This document shows, in pieces, positions 15,923 through 23,423 of a stretch of 24,000 nt of DNA. Numbering within the stretch: position 1 is the stretch's first letter; each line of letters starts with the position of its first letter. Below the pieces are notes generated by a model. The model did not search any database. It was given only the letters and a program-made list of their open reading frames with translations, and was not told where the DNA came from. Position numbers and translations under genes: made by a program. Source of the stretch: Methanothermobacter wolfeii. Its GTDB lineage: Archaea > Methanobacteriota > Methanobacteria > Methanobacteriales > Methanothermobacteraceae. Where the stretch lies: positions 1,299,775 through 1,323,774 of the forward strand of contig NZ_CP104550.1 in the NCBI RefSeq assembly GCF_025397995.1, given 5' to 3'.

Positions 15923-16645
15923 TTGAGGCTTAGCACGGCTCTTGTAATCACTGGTATGTTTATAATCTCACTCTACGCCCTTATTGAGGTAAGCTTCTAC
16001 TCCTCCCAGATAACGGTCCATCAGAGGGATGTTGATTCACCGGTAGTTGAGATACCCTCCCTCAACCTTACAGAGAATATAAACAACAGATCAGTATTCT
16101 ACGGGGTCTACCATGAACCAAGATCCTACACCCCCGGGAACAGAACCGTGATACTCTTCGGTCACAGAACCCTCTATGGATCACCCTTCCTCAAACTTGA
16201 CAGGTTAAGGGCTGGGGATGAGGTTTACCTTAACTGGCCGGGTATAGGGCTTGCAGAGTACCGTGTAAACCGTTCATTCATTGTCCCTGAATCCTACCAG
16301 ATGTCAGTGGAACAGGGAGCCCGGCTTTTCCTCATCACATGCCACCCGCCGGGGTCAACAAGGGAACGGCTCATAGTTGAATGCAAACTTGTGAGGATAA
16401 CGCCCTACCAGAAGAGCCTTAAGGTGGAAAACCCCAGGAGGTACTATGCCCTCCTGATAATCACAGGTTTTCTAATCGGAGGGCTTTTTATCACCAAGAT
16501 ATACCCTGTTTCTGAGGATAAAAGGATTCTCCTTGCTGCTGTAATAGGACTTACACTATTTCTTATCCTGGGATACATCTTCCCTGTTCCACCGGAGTTC
16601 ATATCCGACAAACTCTCAGAAATCAACAGCATGATGGGGATCTGA
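15923..16645 (+). CDS. Sortase-family cysteine transpeptidase, membrane-anchored (N-terminal TM plus two C-terminal TM segments)
   Basis: 240-aa ORF with a TTG start after AGGGGGGA. It is collinear with my recollection of S. aureus SrtA: ILFGHRT (His81, codon 16163-16165), GDEVYL, YRV, LFLITCHP (Cys140, codon 16340-16342) and STRERLIV (Arg147/149). Confidence 0.88.
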   Translation: MRLSTALVITGMFIISLYALIEVSFYSSQITVHQRDVDSPVVEIPSLNLTENINNRSVFYGVYHEPRSYTPGNRTVILFGHRTLYGSPFLKLDRLRAGDEVYLNWPGIGLAEYRVNRSFIVPESYQMSVEQGARLFLITCHPPGSTRERLIVECKLVRITPYQKSLKVENPRRYYALLIITGFLIGGLFITKIYPVSEDKRILLAAVIGLTLFLILGYIFPVPPEFISDKLSEINSMMGI

Positions 16646-16743
16646 GCCTGTCTAAAAAGGTTCTGGAAGGATGGAATCTGACAGAAATAATATGAAAAAA
16701 TTCCAATGATGGAAAGTCATAATAACTGAAGGAGTAATCAGAA

Positions 16744-17112
16744 ATGAAGGATGCTGACAGTAAATACTTCTCCAACCTTACAGATAGAGAAAGGGCCATA
16801 TTTGAAGGCGGAATCAGCATGGGTGCTCTCTTCCATCAGTTTACCGGAACACCCGTGAATCTGAGAATCGCAGAGGACCTTGAAAGGGCCATCGCAGAAG
16901 CCATAAGCCTGCAGCCCGCCATCAGGGATGTTGAAGTCCATATAGACAGGGAACGCCTCATGGAGGCGTCAGGAGAATTTGGATACACATCACTCACAGG
17001 GGAAATGCTGGATGTCACCCTGACTGTGGAGTACGGCTCAGCAGTGATCAGGGTCCGCCTCGAGTACATTGAGGAACTCAAGTACCCCCTCATGTACGTC
17101 CATGATGAATAA
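16744..17112 (+). CDS. mptD: Archaeal dihydroneopterin aldolase (MptD family; methanopterin biosynthesis)
   Basis: 122-aa ORF with a GAAGGAG ribosome-binding site upstream. The string ERAIFEGGISMGALFHQFTGTPV matches my recollection of the MptD/DUF381 family. Confidence 0.7.
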   Translation: MKDADSKYFSNLTDRERAIFEGGISMGALFHQFTGTPVNLRIAEDLERAIAEAISLQPAIRDVEVHIDRERLMEASGEFGYTSLTGEMLDVTLTVEYGSAVIRVRLEYIEELKYPLMYVHDE

Positions 17113-17143
17113 ATACAGGGATAGTTATTATCCTCCCTGATTA

Positions 17144-17157
17144 ATTATTTATAATTC
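17144..17157 (+). promoter_or_regulatory. Candidate TATA box for the kor operon
   Basis: ATTATTTATAATTC lies about 45-55 nt upstream of the korD ATG at 17199. It is preceded by a small hairpin (GGATA-gttat-TATCC, about 17118-17132) just after the mptD stop. Confidence 0.4.
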
Positions 17158-17198
17158 AGAAACCAAACTCTGGATATAACACTCAATGGAAGATTACC

Positions 17199-17402
17199 AT
17201 GATAAGGATAGACTCGGAGCTCTGTAAGGGATGTGACATATGCAGAGAATTCTGCCCTGAAGGGGTTTACGCAAGATCAGAGAAGCTGAACCGGAAGGGT
17301 GTCCATGAACCCGTCCCAAAAAACCTTGAAAGGTGCACCAAGTGCAGGCTATGCATGATGATGTGTCCAGATCAGGCAATAGTGGTGTATGAAGATGAGT
17401 GA
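17199..17402 (+). CDS. korD: 2-oxoglutarate:ferredoxin oxidoreductase delta subunit (2x[4Fe-4S] ferredoxin)
   Basis: 67-aa ORF with two CxxCxxCxxxCP motifs (CKGCDICREFCP and CTKCRLCMMMCP). Confidence 0.9.
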   Translation: MIRIDSELCKGCDICREFCPEGVYARSEKLNRKGVHEPVPKNLERCTKCRLCMMMCPDQAIVVYEDE

Positions 17403-18525
17403 AGAATATTTTATACAGGGAAATGATGCCTGCGCCAGGGGAGCCCTCAAGGCAGGGTGCAGGTTCTTTGCAGGTTACCCCATCACACCCTCAACAGAGA
17501 TAGCGGAGGAAATGGCAGCCATCCTGCCACGCGAGGGCGGAGTCTTTGTCCAGATGGAAGACGAAATAGGAGCCCTTGGAGCTGTTATCGGGGCTGTCTG
17601 GAGTGGTGTTAAGGGGATGACAGCAACTTCAGGGCCAGGATTCTCCCTGATGCAGGAGCACATTGGATACGCTGCAATGACAGAGACACCCCTTGTTATC
17701 GTCAATGTCCAGAGGGGGTCGCCATCAACCGGCCAGCCAACCATGGCATCTCAGAGCGACATGATGCAGGCAAGGTGGGGGTCCCATGGCGACTATGAGA
17801 TAATAGCATTATCACCCTCATCGGTCCAGGAGTGCTTTGACTTCACGGTTAAGGCCTTCAACCTTGCAGAGGAGTACAGGGTGCCCGTAACCGTGCTCAG
17901 CGATGAGATCGTCGGGCACATGAGGGAGAAGATCACCATACCCGAAAGGGTCCCTGTAAGGAAAAGAAGGGCGCCTGAGCTTCCCCCGGAGGAATTCCTT
18001 CCATTCAAGGCCCCCGATGATGGTGTCCCTGAGATGCCGGCCTTTGGGGACGGCTACAAAATCCCTGTAACAGGACTCACACATGATGAACGGGGATACC
18101 CCGACGCCTCAAACCCCGAGGGACACCATAAACTTGTTAAAAGGCTCTGTGACAAGATACTGAAAAAAAGGGACCGGATAGTGGATGTGGATGAAAGGTA
18201 CACCGAAGACGCTGACATAACAGTCATATCCTACGGTGCACCATCACGTTCAGTTGCAACCGCAGTTAAAATGGCAAGGGAAAACGGCGTCAAGGCGGGT
18301 TACATGAAGATAAACACACCATGGCCATTCCCCGAAGCAGAAGTCATGGAGGCGGCTGAAAGGTCCGGAAAGTTACTTGTTGTTGAGATGAACCTTGGTC
18401 AGATGTTCTATGAGGTTCAGCGGGCTGCTGGTGGAATGGCTGACGTTGAACTGCTCCCGAAGATAGGTGGAGAGATCCACAGGCCAGGGGAGATCCTTGA
18501 AATGATACTGAAGATGAACAGATAG
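17389..18525 (+). CDS. korA: 2-oxoglutarate:ferredoxin oxidoreductase alpha subunit
   Basis: 378-aa ORF with the N-terminus ...FIQGNDACARGALKAGCRFFAGYPITPSTEI typical of the OFOR alpha subunit. It overlaps the korD stop. An alternative start at ATG 17395 is possible. Confidence 0.92.
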   Translation: MKMSEEYFIQGNDACARGALKAGCRFFAGYPITPSTEIAEEMAAILPREGGVFVQMEDEIGALGAVIGAVWSGVKGMTATSGPGFSLMQEHIGYAAMTETPLVIVNVQRGSPSTGQPTMASQSDMMQARWGSHGDYEIIALSPSSVQECFDFTVKAFNLAEEYRVPVTVLSDEIVGHMREKITIPERVPVRKRRAPELPPEEFLPFKAPDDGVPEMPAFGDGYKIPVTGLTHDERGYPDASNPEGHHKLVKRLCDKILKKRDRIVDVDERYTEDADITVISYGAPSRSVATAVKMARENGVKAGYMKINTPWPFPEAEVMEAAERSGKLLVVEMNLGQMFYEVQRAAGGMADVELLPKIGGEIHRPGEILEMILKMNR

Positions 18526-18535
18526 GAGTGTTAGT

Positions 18536-19396
18536 ATGGATGGAAAAGAAAACCCCTACCTTAAGTATCTGAGGAGGGAAAGGCTGCCACACATATTCTG
18601 TGCAGGGTGCGGTAACGGGATAGTGCTCAACACATTCTTCAAGGGCATGGAGATGGCGGGCCTTGACTTCGAAAACATTGCAATGGTCTCGGGTATAGGG
18701 TGTTCCTCAAGGATACCGGGTTATGTGAAGTGCGATTCCCTCCACACCACACATGGAAGGCCAATATCATTCGCAACAGGTTTAAAACTTGGAAACCCGT
18801 CTCTTGATGTGGTTGTATTCACCGGGGATGGTGACGCCGCCGCCATAGGCGGAAACCACCTGATACACGGTGCAAGACGGAACGTTGACCTGACGGTTAT
18901 CTGCATAAACAACAGCATATACGGGATGACCGGTGGACAGATAAGCCCGACATCACCCGAGGGGAGCTTCGGGACCACGGCACCCTACGGGGCGCTTGAA
19001 GAACCCTTTGACCTTGCAGAGCTTGTGAAGGCCGCGGGTGCAAGCTATGTTGCCAGGTGGACCACAGCACACCCCCTTCAGCTTGCAAACTCCATAAAAA
19101 AGGGACTTAAAAACAGGGGTTTCTCATTCATAGAGGCAGTCGCCCAGTGCCCGACATACTTTGGGAGGAAGAACAGGATGCGTTCACCCGTTGAAATGAT
19201 GAAGTTCATGAAGGAGAACAGTTTAAACCGGAGGAAGGCCCTTAAAATGGACCCTGAAGAGGTTGAGGGCAAGCTTATAGTCGGTGAGTTCTCAGATAAC
19301 CCCCGACCTGAACTCTGCGAAAGGATAAATGAGATGGTCCGTGAAAGGTCAGGATCGGATCTCAGGATAATCAGATCAGCCTACAGAGATGATTGA
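18536..19396 (+). CDS. korB: 2-oxoglutarate:ferredoxin oxidoreductase beta subunit (TPP-binding)
   Basis: 286-aa ORF with FCAGCGNGI, GIGCSSR and the TPP motif GDGDAAAIGGNH. A GGAGTG ribosome-binding site lies upstream. Confidence 0.92.
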   Translation: MDGKENPYLKYLRRERLPHIFCAGCGNGIVLNTFFKGMEMAGLDFENIAMVSGIGCSSRIPGYVKCDSLHTTHGRPISFATGLKLGNPSLDVVVFTGDGDAAAIGGNHLIHGARRNVDLTVICINNSIYGMTGGQISPTSPEGSFGTTAPYGALEEPFDLAELVKAAGASYVARWTTAHPLQLANSIKKGLKNRGFSFIEAVAQCPTYFGRKNRMRSPVEMMKFMKENSLNRRKALKMDPEEVEGKLIVGEFSDNPRPELCERINEMVRERSGSDLRIIRSAYRDD

Positions 19397-19958
19397 AGTG
19401 AGAAGAGAAATCAGAATAGCTGGATTTGGTGGTCAGGGAGTTATACTTGCAGGAATAGTTCTCGGGAAAGCTGCAAGCCTCTATGATGGTTTATACGCTG
19501 TTCAAACCCAGTCCTACGGGCCTGAGGCAAGGGGCGGGGCTTCAAGGGCCGAGGTGGTCATAAGTGATGAGGAGATAGACTACCCCAAGGTCCAGAGCCC
19601 CGACATCCTCGTTGCAATGTCCCACGAGGCCCTCATAACCTACATGCACGACCTTAAAAGGGGGGGTACGCTCATCGTGGACCCTGACATGGTCGTTGAG
19701 TCTGAAATAAAGGATTTCATAAGGGAAAGGAATGTAAGGTACTTCAGGGCCCCTGCAACAAGGACCGCCGAGGAGATGATAGGTCTAACCATAGTCGCCA
19801 ACATGGTCATGATGGGAGCCCTTACAGAGGCCACCGGTGTTGTGAGTGTTGAGGGCGCCGAGAACGCCATAAGGGACAGTGTACCCCCTGGTACGGATGA
19901 AAAAAACCTCATGGCATTCAGGGCTGGGCGTGAGGTAGTCAAGGAGGTGTCCCCATGA
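19389..19958 (+). CDS. korC: 2-oxoglutarate:ferredoxin oxidoreductase gamma subunit
   Basis: 189-aa ORF with IRIAGFGGQGVILAG...SYGPEARGG, the gamma-subunit signature. It overlaps korB by 8 nt. Confidence 0.9.
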   Translation: MIEVRREIRIAGFGGQGVILAGIVLGKAASLYDGLYAVQTQSYGPEARGGASRAEVVISDEEIDYPKVQSPDILVAMSHEALITYMHDLKRGGTLIVDPDMVVESEIKDFIRERNVRYFRAPATRTAEEMIGLTIVANMVMMGALTEATGVVSVEGAENAIRDSVPPGTDEKNLMAFRAGREVVKEVSP

Positions 19959-21049
19959 AACTATATGAGTACAGTGCCAAGGAACTCTTCAGAAGGGAGG
20001 GAATACCCACACCGAGGGGTGGTGTCGCAGAAACACCCGAGGAAGCTGCAGGTATTGCAGAAAAACTTGGATGTGACGTTGCAGTGAAATCCCAGGTGCT
20101 CACGGGTGGACGTGGAAAGGCCGGGGGAATACTTTTCGCATCACCATCAGATACTGCTGAAGTCGCCGGGAAGCTCCTTTCATCAGAGATTAAAGGGGAA
20201 ACCGTTGAACGGGTGCTCATTGAGGAGAAGATACCAATAGACAGGGAACTCTATGTTAGCGTTGTCCTTGACCGGGCAGAGAAGATGCCCCTTATAATTG
20301 CAAGCATTGAGGGCGGCGTTGATATAGAGGAATTGGCAGAGAAGTCTCCTGAGAAGATAGTGAGGTACCATGTAAACCCCCTTGATGAATTCCTGCCATA
20401 CGAGGCCAGGGAGATAGCAAGGAAGATGGGCCTTGAAAGTGAACTGATACCCGGGGTCGGGGGTGTTATATGGAAACTCTACAGCCTCTTCAGGAAGTAT
20501 GACGCCCGCCTTGCCGAGATAAACCCCCTTGTGATCTCGGATGGGGAAGTTGTTGCAGCCGACGCCAAGGTGGAGGTTGATGATGACTCCATCTACCGTC
20601 ACCCTGAGTTCAGGGAGATGGATGAATACGAGCCCGAGGAGTTCGCATTCGTTAAACTCGATGGTGATATCGCAGTGATAGGTAACGGTGCCGGGCTTAC
20701 ACTGACAGCCATGGACCTCATAAAACTTAAAGGCGGAGAACCTGCCACCTTCCTGGATATAGGTGGCGGTGCATCAGAAGAGGTTATAAGGAGGGCCCTT
20801 GAACTCGTTATTTCCTATCCAAGGGTAAGGGTCATCTTTCTGAATGTCCTTGGGGGTATAACAAGGGCCGATGATGTGGCCCGTGGAGTTGTGAATGCCC
20901 TGAAAGACGCAGGCAGGGAGGTCCCCCTGGTAATACGCCTTACAGGTACCAATGAAGAGGAGGGTCAGAGGATCCTTAAAGAAGCAGGCATCCCCTTTGA
21001 AACCTCCCTTGAAATGGCTGCTGAAAAGGCTGTTGAAATTTCAAAATAA
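19955..21049 (+). CDS. sucC: Succinyl-CoA synthetase beta subunit (ATP-grasp)
   Basis: 364-aa ORF with MKLYEYSAKELFRREGIPTP, AVKSQVLTGGRGKAGG and NGAGLTLTAMD. ATGA overlap with korC at 19955-19958. Confidence 0.92.
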   Translation: MKLYEYSAKELFRREGIPTPRGGVAETPEEAAGIAEKLGCDVAVKSQVLTGGRGKAGGILFASPSDTAEVAGKLLSSEIKGETVERVLIEEKIPIDRELYVSVVLDRAEKMPLIIASIEGGVDIEELAEKSPEKIVRYHVNPLDEFLPYEAREIARKMGLESELIPGVGGVIWKLYSLFRKYDARLAEINPLVISDGEVVAADAKVEVDDDSIYRHPEFREMDEYEPEEFAFVKLDGDIAVIGNGAGLTLTAMDLIKLKGGEPATFLDIGGGASEEVIRRALELVISYPRVRVIFLNVLGGITRADDVARGVVNALKDAGREVPLVIRLTGTNEEEGQRILKEAGIPFETSLEMAAEKAVEISK

Positions 21050-21053
21050 TTTA

Positions 21054-21065
21054 TTTTTTTTTTTT
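21054..21065 (+). terminator. T12 run immediately after the sucC stop
   Basis: TAA at 21047-21049 is followed by tttaTTTTTTTTTTTT. This is the strongest oligo-T signal in the window, and the neighbouring gene is convergent. Confidence 0.7.
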
Positions 21066-21155
21066 GAAAGAGTTGATTTCCTTATGATATCCTCCCTTTT
21101 CAAAGGTTATTCTCCTGGCCACATCACAAACCCAGAGAACTCCACAAGAAAGTGG

Positions 21156-21163
21156 AAAAAAAA
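21156..21163 (-). terminator. T8 run (minus strand) 3 nt after the stop of the 361-aa membrane-protein gene
   Basis: A8 on the plus strand at 21156-21163, with the TGA complement at 21167-21169. A short TCCAC/GTGGA hairpin is adjacent. Confidence 0.55.
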
Positions 21164-21166
21164 CAA

Positions 21167-22252
21167 TCACTGAATGCTCCTCTTAACGGTAACCGTGTGT
21201 GCCATGACCATGGCGGATATTATAATATACGTAAGGAGGGCTGATGAGTTAAAGGACCTGTTGAATATAAACAGTCCAATAAGGCTCTGGGAAAGAAAAG
21301 CCGCCAGAGAACCTATCAGGAGGGCCTCCCTTCCAAGGTACATTCTGCTTCCATTTAACCTCTGCTCCTGGTACCTCTTAAGAACCTTCAGACCCGAGAT
21401 GGTTACTATCATCACCCATGAGAGCAGGAAGATGAGGCCGAAGAATCCTGCATCAAATGCCACCGCAAATATCCCCGGGAGCATGTAGTCTATGTAATCC
21501 TTCTTAACAACAAGCACGCCATAGAATATGTGATAGGGGAGCCCGAGGTTCTGTATCATTGTAACCGGTAGCGTTATGTATCCATCGGCGCCTCCGAGGC
21601 ATGCCGATTTCCAGTAGCATGACCCCTGCACATGGCCCCAGAAGGTCGTGTTCTTGAGTACAAGGGACAGGCTTGGGATCGTGTTTTCTTCAAGCCTTGT
21701 TATCCTGAGCATGGGGCTCAGAACACTTTTATTCAGAACCTTTGATAGGAACTCCAGAAGGGCGAAGGCCCCTGCCCCTGCAAGGAAGAATGATGCAATG
21801 GACTTCGGGGTTATCTTTGTGCTTCTCCTGAAACTCCGGGACATGAGTATGTATCCGAAGGCCCATCCGGAAAGCCAGAGTATAAGGAATGATCTGTGCA
21901 TGATTCCCCCTGCAATTGCTATGATGAAGAAGAGGAGGAGTGATAGTTTCTTAATGGATGTTGACCTTATACCTGCCTCTGTCAGGAGGTTTAATGATGC
22001 CACCATGGTAACCCAGAATAACACTGCGAAGGGTCCGAAGGGGTGTGTGAACTCATGGTGTGAGAGAAGCGGAAGTAAGAGGAATGCTGCGTCGAGTGCG
22101 AAGACCAATGCAATTATAATCGTGATCAGTGTTCCAAGGAACATCACGAGGCTCAGTGGAACTGCCACCACGTTGAAGAGCAGAAGCACCCCAACATGGA
22201 TTATCACTGCAACTTTCAGTATGAACTGAAGGTTATTCTGAGCTATCAACAT
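21167..22252 (-). CDS. Polytopic integral membrane protein (about 9-10 TM) with a Cys-containing extracytoplasmic loop of about 75 aa; family uncertain
   Basis: 361-aa hydrophobic ORF with a large loop (ITRLEENT...GSCYWKSACLGGADGY...) between the TM clusters. Weak, collinear resemblance to SEDS (RodA/FtsW) motifs; see findings. Confidence 0.7.
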   Translation of the reverse strand: MLIAQNNLQFILKVAVIIHVGVLLLFNVVAVPLSLVMFLGTLITIIIALVFALDAAFLLLPLLSHHEFTHPFGPFAVLFWVTMVASLNLLTEAGIRSTSIKKLSLLLFFIIAIAGGIMHRSFLILWLSGWAFGYILMSRSFRRSTKITPKSIASFFLAGAGAFALLEFLSKVLNKSVLSPMLRITRLEENTIPSLSLVLKNTTFWGHVQGSCYWKSACLGGADGYITLPVTMIQNLGLPYHIFYGVLVVKKDYIDYMLPGIFAVAFDAGFFGLIFLLSWVMIVTISGLKVLKRYQEQRLNGSRMYLGREALLIGSLAAFLSQSLIGLFIFNRSFNSSALLTYIIISAMVMAHTVTVKRSIQ

Positions 22253-22315
22253 GTAGGAAATATTGTAGAGCTCTAAATATAAATATAATTGTAAGGCAGT
22301 CAGAAAAAATAAACC

Positions 22316-23176
22316 TTATGGGGAAGTCATCCCCACTATGTAGTTGTAGATACCCACAAGGAAATCGTAGATCTGCTGCAGTATATCTGCACCTCCAGCC
22401 TGCTGGCTCATACTTTCAAGTTTCTGTTTAAAGTCCGTGAGGTTTCCCTGAACCCTCTGGGATGCTGCAACCGAATCAGCAACCTGCTGGACCTGGTTAT
22501 CTGAAAGGTTGATGTTCATGTCCTGTGCAACATTAACAACGACGTTCTGTATATCAGCAGGGTCCTGAAGGTTCCTGTTCTCTGTCTGGTTTTTAACTTC
22601 CCCGAACAGCCGTGCTATCTGGTCCCCTGTTGCATTGGTATCATTTGCAAGCTGACTCTGGAGGTATATTTCCTCTATGGAAACCTTTTTAGCCTCCTCA
22701 GGGATCTCCTGACCCACAGCAATCTCATATGACCTGAGAACCCCTGCAAGGGCGGCCTCACCGGATGCAGGGACTGGTGATGTTACCACCACGTATCCAC
22801 GATCTATACCCGAGGACCTCAGGGCATTGGCGTACATTTCAGGTGTCACCACCCTTATCTTGCTTGCATCAACCGAGACCTTTATCCCCTCCGAGTAGGA
22901 GAGGTCCACCATTGCACAGGAGAGGATCTGGGATGGTGAATAGACAAGGCCCGTGATGCCCTTTGAGACCTCATTAACCTCAGATGCCCTTATAACCCTT
23001 ATGTCAGCACTGTTAATATCCCTGTCTGTCTTTGATTTGAAGTAATTCAGGACAGAGTTCCTGTAGGCAGGGTTGCTGTCTGTTGCCTCACCAAGTGTTA
23101 TTGAAAACCCGGAGGCAGCAAATACTGGTGCGGTCACCATGATGACGATGAGAAGTCCCAGAACTAGTTTTCTCAT
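22316..23176 (-). CDS. Secreted YpuA/DUF1002-like protein
   Basis: The ORF extends to 23191, but ATG at 23176 follows GGAGGTG with 6-nt spacing and gives the signal peptide MRKLVLGLLIVIMVTAPVFA|ASG. Strings such as VTPEMYANALRSSGI...VVVTSPVPASGEAALAGVLRSYE and the C-terminal IYDFLVGIYNYIVG match my recollection of B. subtilis YpuA. Confidence 0.75.
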   Translation of the reverse strand: MRKLVLGLLIVIMVTAPVFAASGFSITLGEATDSNPAYRNSVLNYFKSKTDRDINSADIRVIRASEVNEVSKGITGLVYSPSQILSCAMVDLSYSEGIKVSVDASKIRVVTPEMYANALRSSGIDRGYVVVTSPVPASGEAALAGVLRSYEIAVGQEIPEEAKKVSIEEIYLQSQLANDTNATGDQIARLFGEVKNQTENRNLQDPADIQNVVVNVAQDMNINLSDNQVQQVADSVAASQRVQGNLTDFKQKLESMSQQAGGADILQQIYDFLVGIYNYIVGMTSP

Positions 23177-23204
23177 AGATACCACCTCCATATTATTATG
23201 GTTC

Positions 23205-23222
23205 TCCGGGTATTTATACCGG
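23205..23222 (-). promoter_or_regulatory. Candidate TATA box (minus strand TATAAATA) embedded in a CCGG...CCGG near-palindrome, upstream of the YpuA-like gene
   Basis: The plus strand reads tCCGGGTATTTATACCGGt. It lies about 35-45 nt upstream of ATG 23176. Confidence 0.45.
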
Positions 23223-23423
23223 TATGGGTAACCTCAAAGGACGAATAGGGTCCTCCAGGCCGTTAACCATGAAAGAATAAGCAGACTTCCTCAATAGGGT
23301 CCCTATACCAATAACCATGAACATCCTGAAGCTTGATGCCCTAGATCCTGGTGGTTTTCAGTATCAACTATACCAATAACTTCTAGGTGCATGGGATATC
23401 AGATGAAAAGAAATGTATGCAGA

